A DNA stretch of 64,000 nt, from positions 31,556-95,555 of the IMG/VR virus record IMGVR_UViG_3300033066_002242. One strand, written 5' to 3'. How positions within the stretch are numbered: position 1 is the first letter of the stretch; every line of letters starts with the position of its first letter. Source of the DNA: a virus. Its lineage: Duplodnaviria; Caudoviricetes. The notes under the pieces were generated by a model that had not been told where the DNA came from, did not search any database, and saw nothing but the letters and a program-made list of their open reading frames with translations. The position numbers and the translations under genes were made by a program. Below are positions 63,285 to 64,000 of the stretch, piece after piece.

Positions 63285-64000
63285 ATGTCATCCTCTAATA
63301 CTACCCCGTCCCTGCAGGTGGATGCTACCCGCTTGATGGGCTCCTTGAAGTATGCCTTCTCTGGCAACCTGTCCGTGCTGGGAGAGCTTCTGCAGAACGC
63401 ACGGCGCGCCGGCGCTACCCAAATCAACGTCTCCCTTTCCTTTCCAGAGTACGGAATCTCTGCCGAAGCACTGGCCAAGAACATGGACATCAACGGAGTC
63501 CAGTACTACGGTACGCATTCCGCGAAATCCGTATCCGTGATGAGCTTATCGGTGGTAGACGACGGATCCGGCATCGAGGACATGGGCGTACTTCTGCACG
63601 TAGCGCATAGCGGATGGGACCAGGATACTCAACAGGAGGAGCATCCCTACGGACTGGGATTCCTGTCGGCACTGTTCTCTGCGTCAGAGGTGGAGGTCGT
63701 CAGCCACGGCAAGGTCATGTACCTGGACACCGGCAAGGTCCTCTCCGGGCAGGGGGGCGTTGTCGTGGAAGACCGGGAAACTCCTCCAGGAGCTGCAGTC
63801 CACCTGGCTCGGTTCACCCTGCCATCCTCTCAGACAGTGTACGACATCGTGCAGTCCATATCCTTGATGGTGCGCGGCTTTCCAGTGCCTGTGGCCTTGA
63901 ACGGAGTTGACATTCCTCGCACCCACGCCCCGACTGGAGGACTCCCTGTTTCCGACATCTTGCTTCAGCCCGTGGCGTACTATGGGCTTCAGTGCTACTT
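63285..64000 (+). CDS. GHKL (HATPase_c) ATPase, runs off window end
   Basis: Not in the ORF track; translation gives ELLQNARRAGA, VVDDGSGI, SGW, PYGLGFLS; GGAG RBS. Confidence 0.8.
   Translation, partial: MSSSNTTPSLQVDATRLMGSLKYAFSGNLSVLGELLQNARRAGATQINVSLSFPEYGISAEALAKNMDINGVQYYGTHSAKSVSVMSLSVVDDGSGIEDMGVLLHVAHSGWDQDTQQEEHPYGLGFLSALFSASEVEVVSHGKVMYLDTGKVLSGQGGVVVEDRETPPGAAVHLARFTLPSSQTVYDIVQSISLMVRGFPVPVALNGVDIPRTHAPTGGLPVSDILLQPVAYYGLQCY

Noticed and set aside
1-64000. tRNA/rRNA genes, integrase, transposase, intein/intron, alternative genetic code
   Set aside because: None recognised by eye. Genes are intact and tightly packed under the standard code, with TAA, TAG and TGA all used as stops. 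A tRNAscan/Infernal run would be needed to exclude small RNAs.

Overview
The window is a 64-kb slice of a large, GC-rich tailed dsDNA phage, probably contractile-tailed and probably infecting a Proteobacterium. About 1-47,080, almost all on the minus strand, is the virion module: portal, prohead protease, scaffold-like proteins, capsid decoration protein, major capsid protein, neck/adaptor genes, the start of a tail-sheath-like gene and a tail-fibre/appendage block. Two genes for a bacterial-type multisubunit RNA polymerase sit inside this module: a 1594-aa beta + N-terminal beta' fusion next to the portal, and a separate 609-aa C-terminal beta' gene about 16 kb away among head genes. About 47,100-64,000, mostly plus strand, is an early/replication module: TraR/DksA-like Zn finger, SNF2 and DinG/XPD-like helicases, a sigma-70 family factor, a RyR-domain protein, a putative SSB, dimeric dUTPase, DnaG-type primase-helicase, an AT-rich putative origin with a Fur-box-like palindrome, a stand-alone InPase and a GHKL ATPase. 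The most striking unexplained structure is a shared N-terminal leader (M-x(0-2)-N-x-Y-x-x-x-M-x-K-x-A) on about eight otherwise divergent Gly/Ala-rich proteins. K-x-A motifs also recur through the scaffolds, protease, capsid protein and RNAP, and they delimit repeated membrane-peptide units. I interpret this as a capsid-targeting and proteolytic-maturation system that loads a virion RNAP and membrane-active cargo. A bipartite promoter-like motif (CAAT-N16-GGTATAAG), often followed by a 5' hairpin, precedes early genes. All assignments come from motif recognition by eye; no database searches were run.
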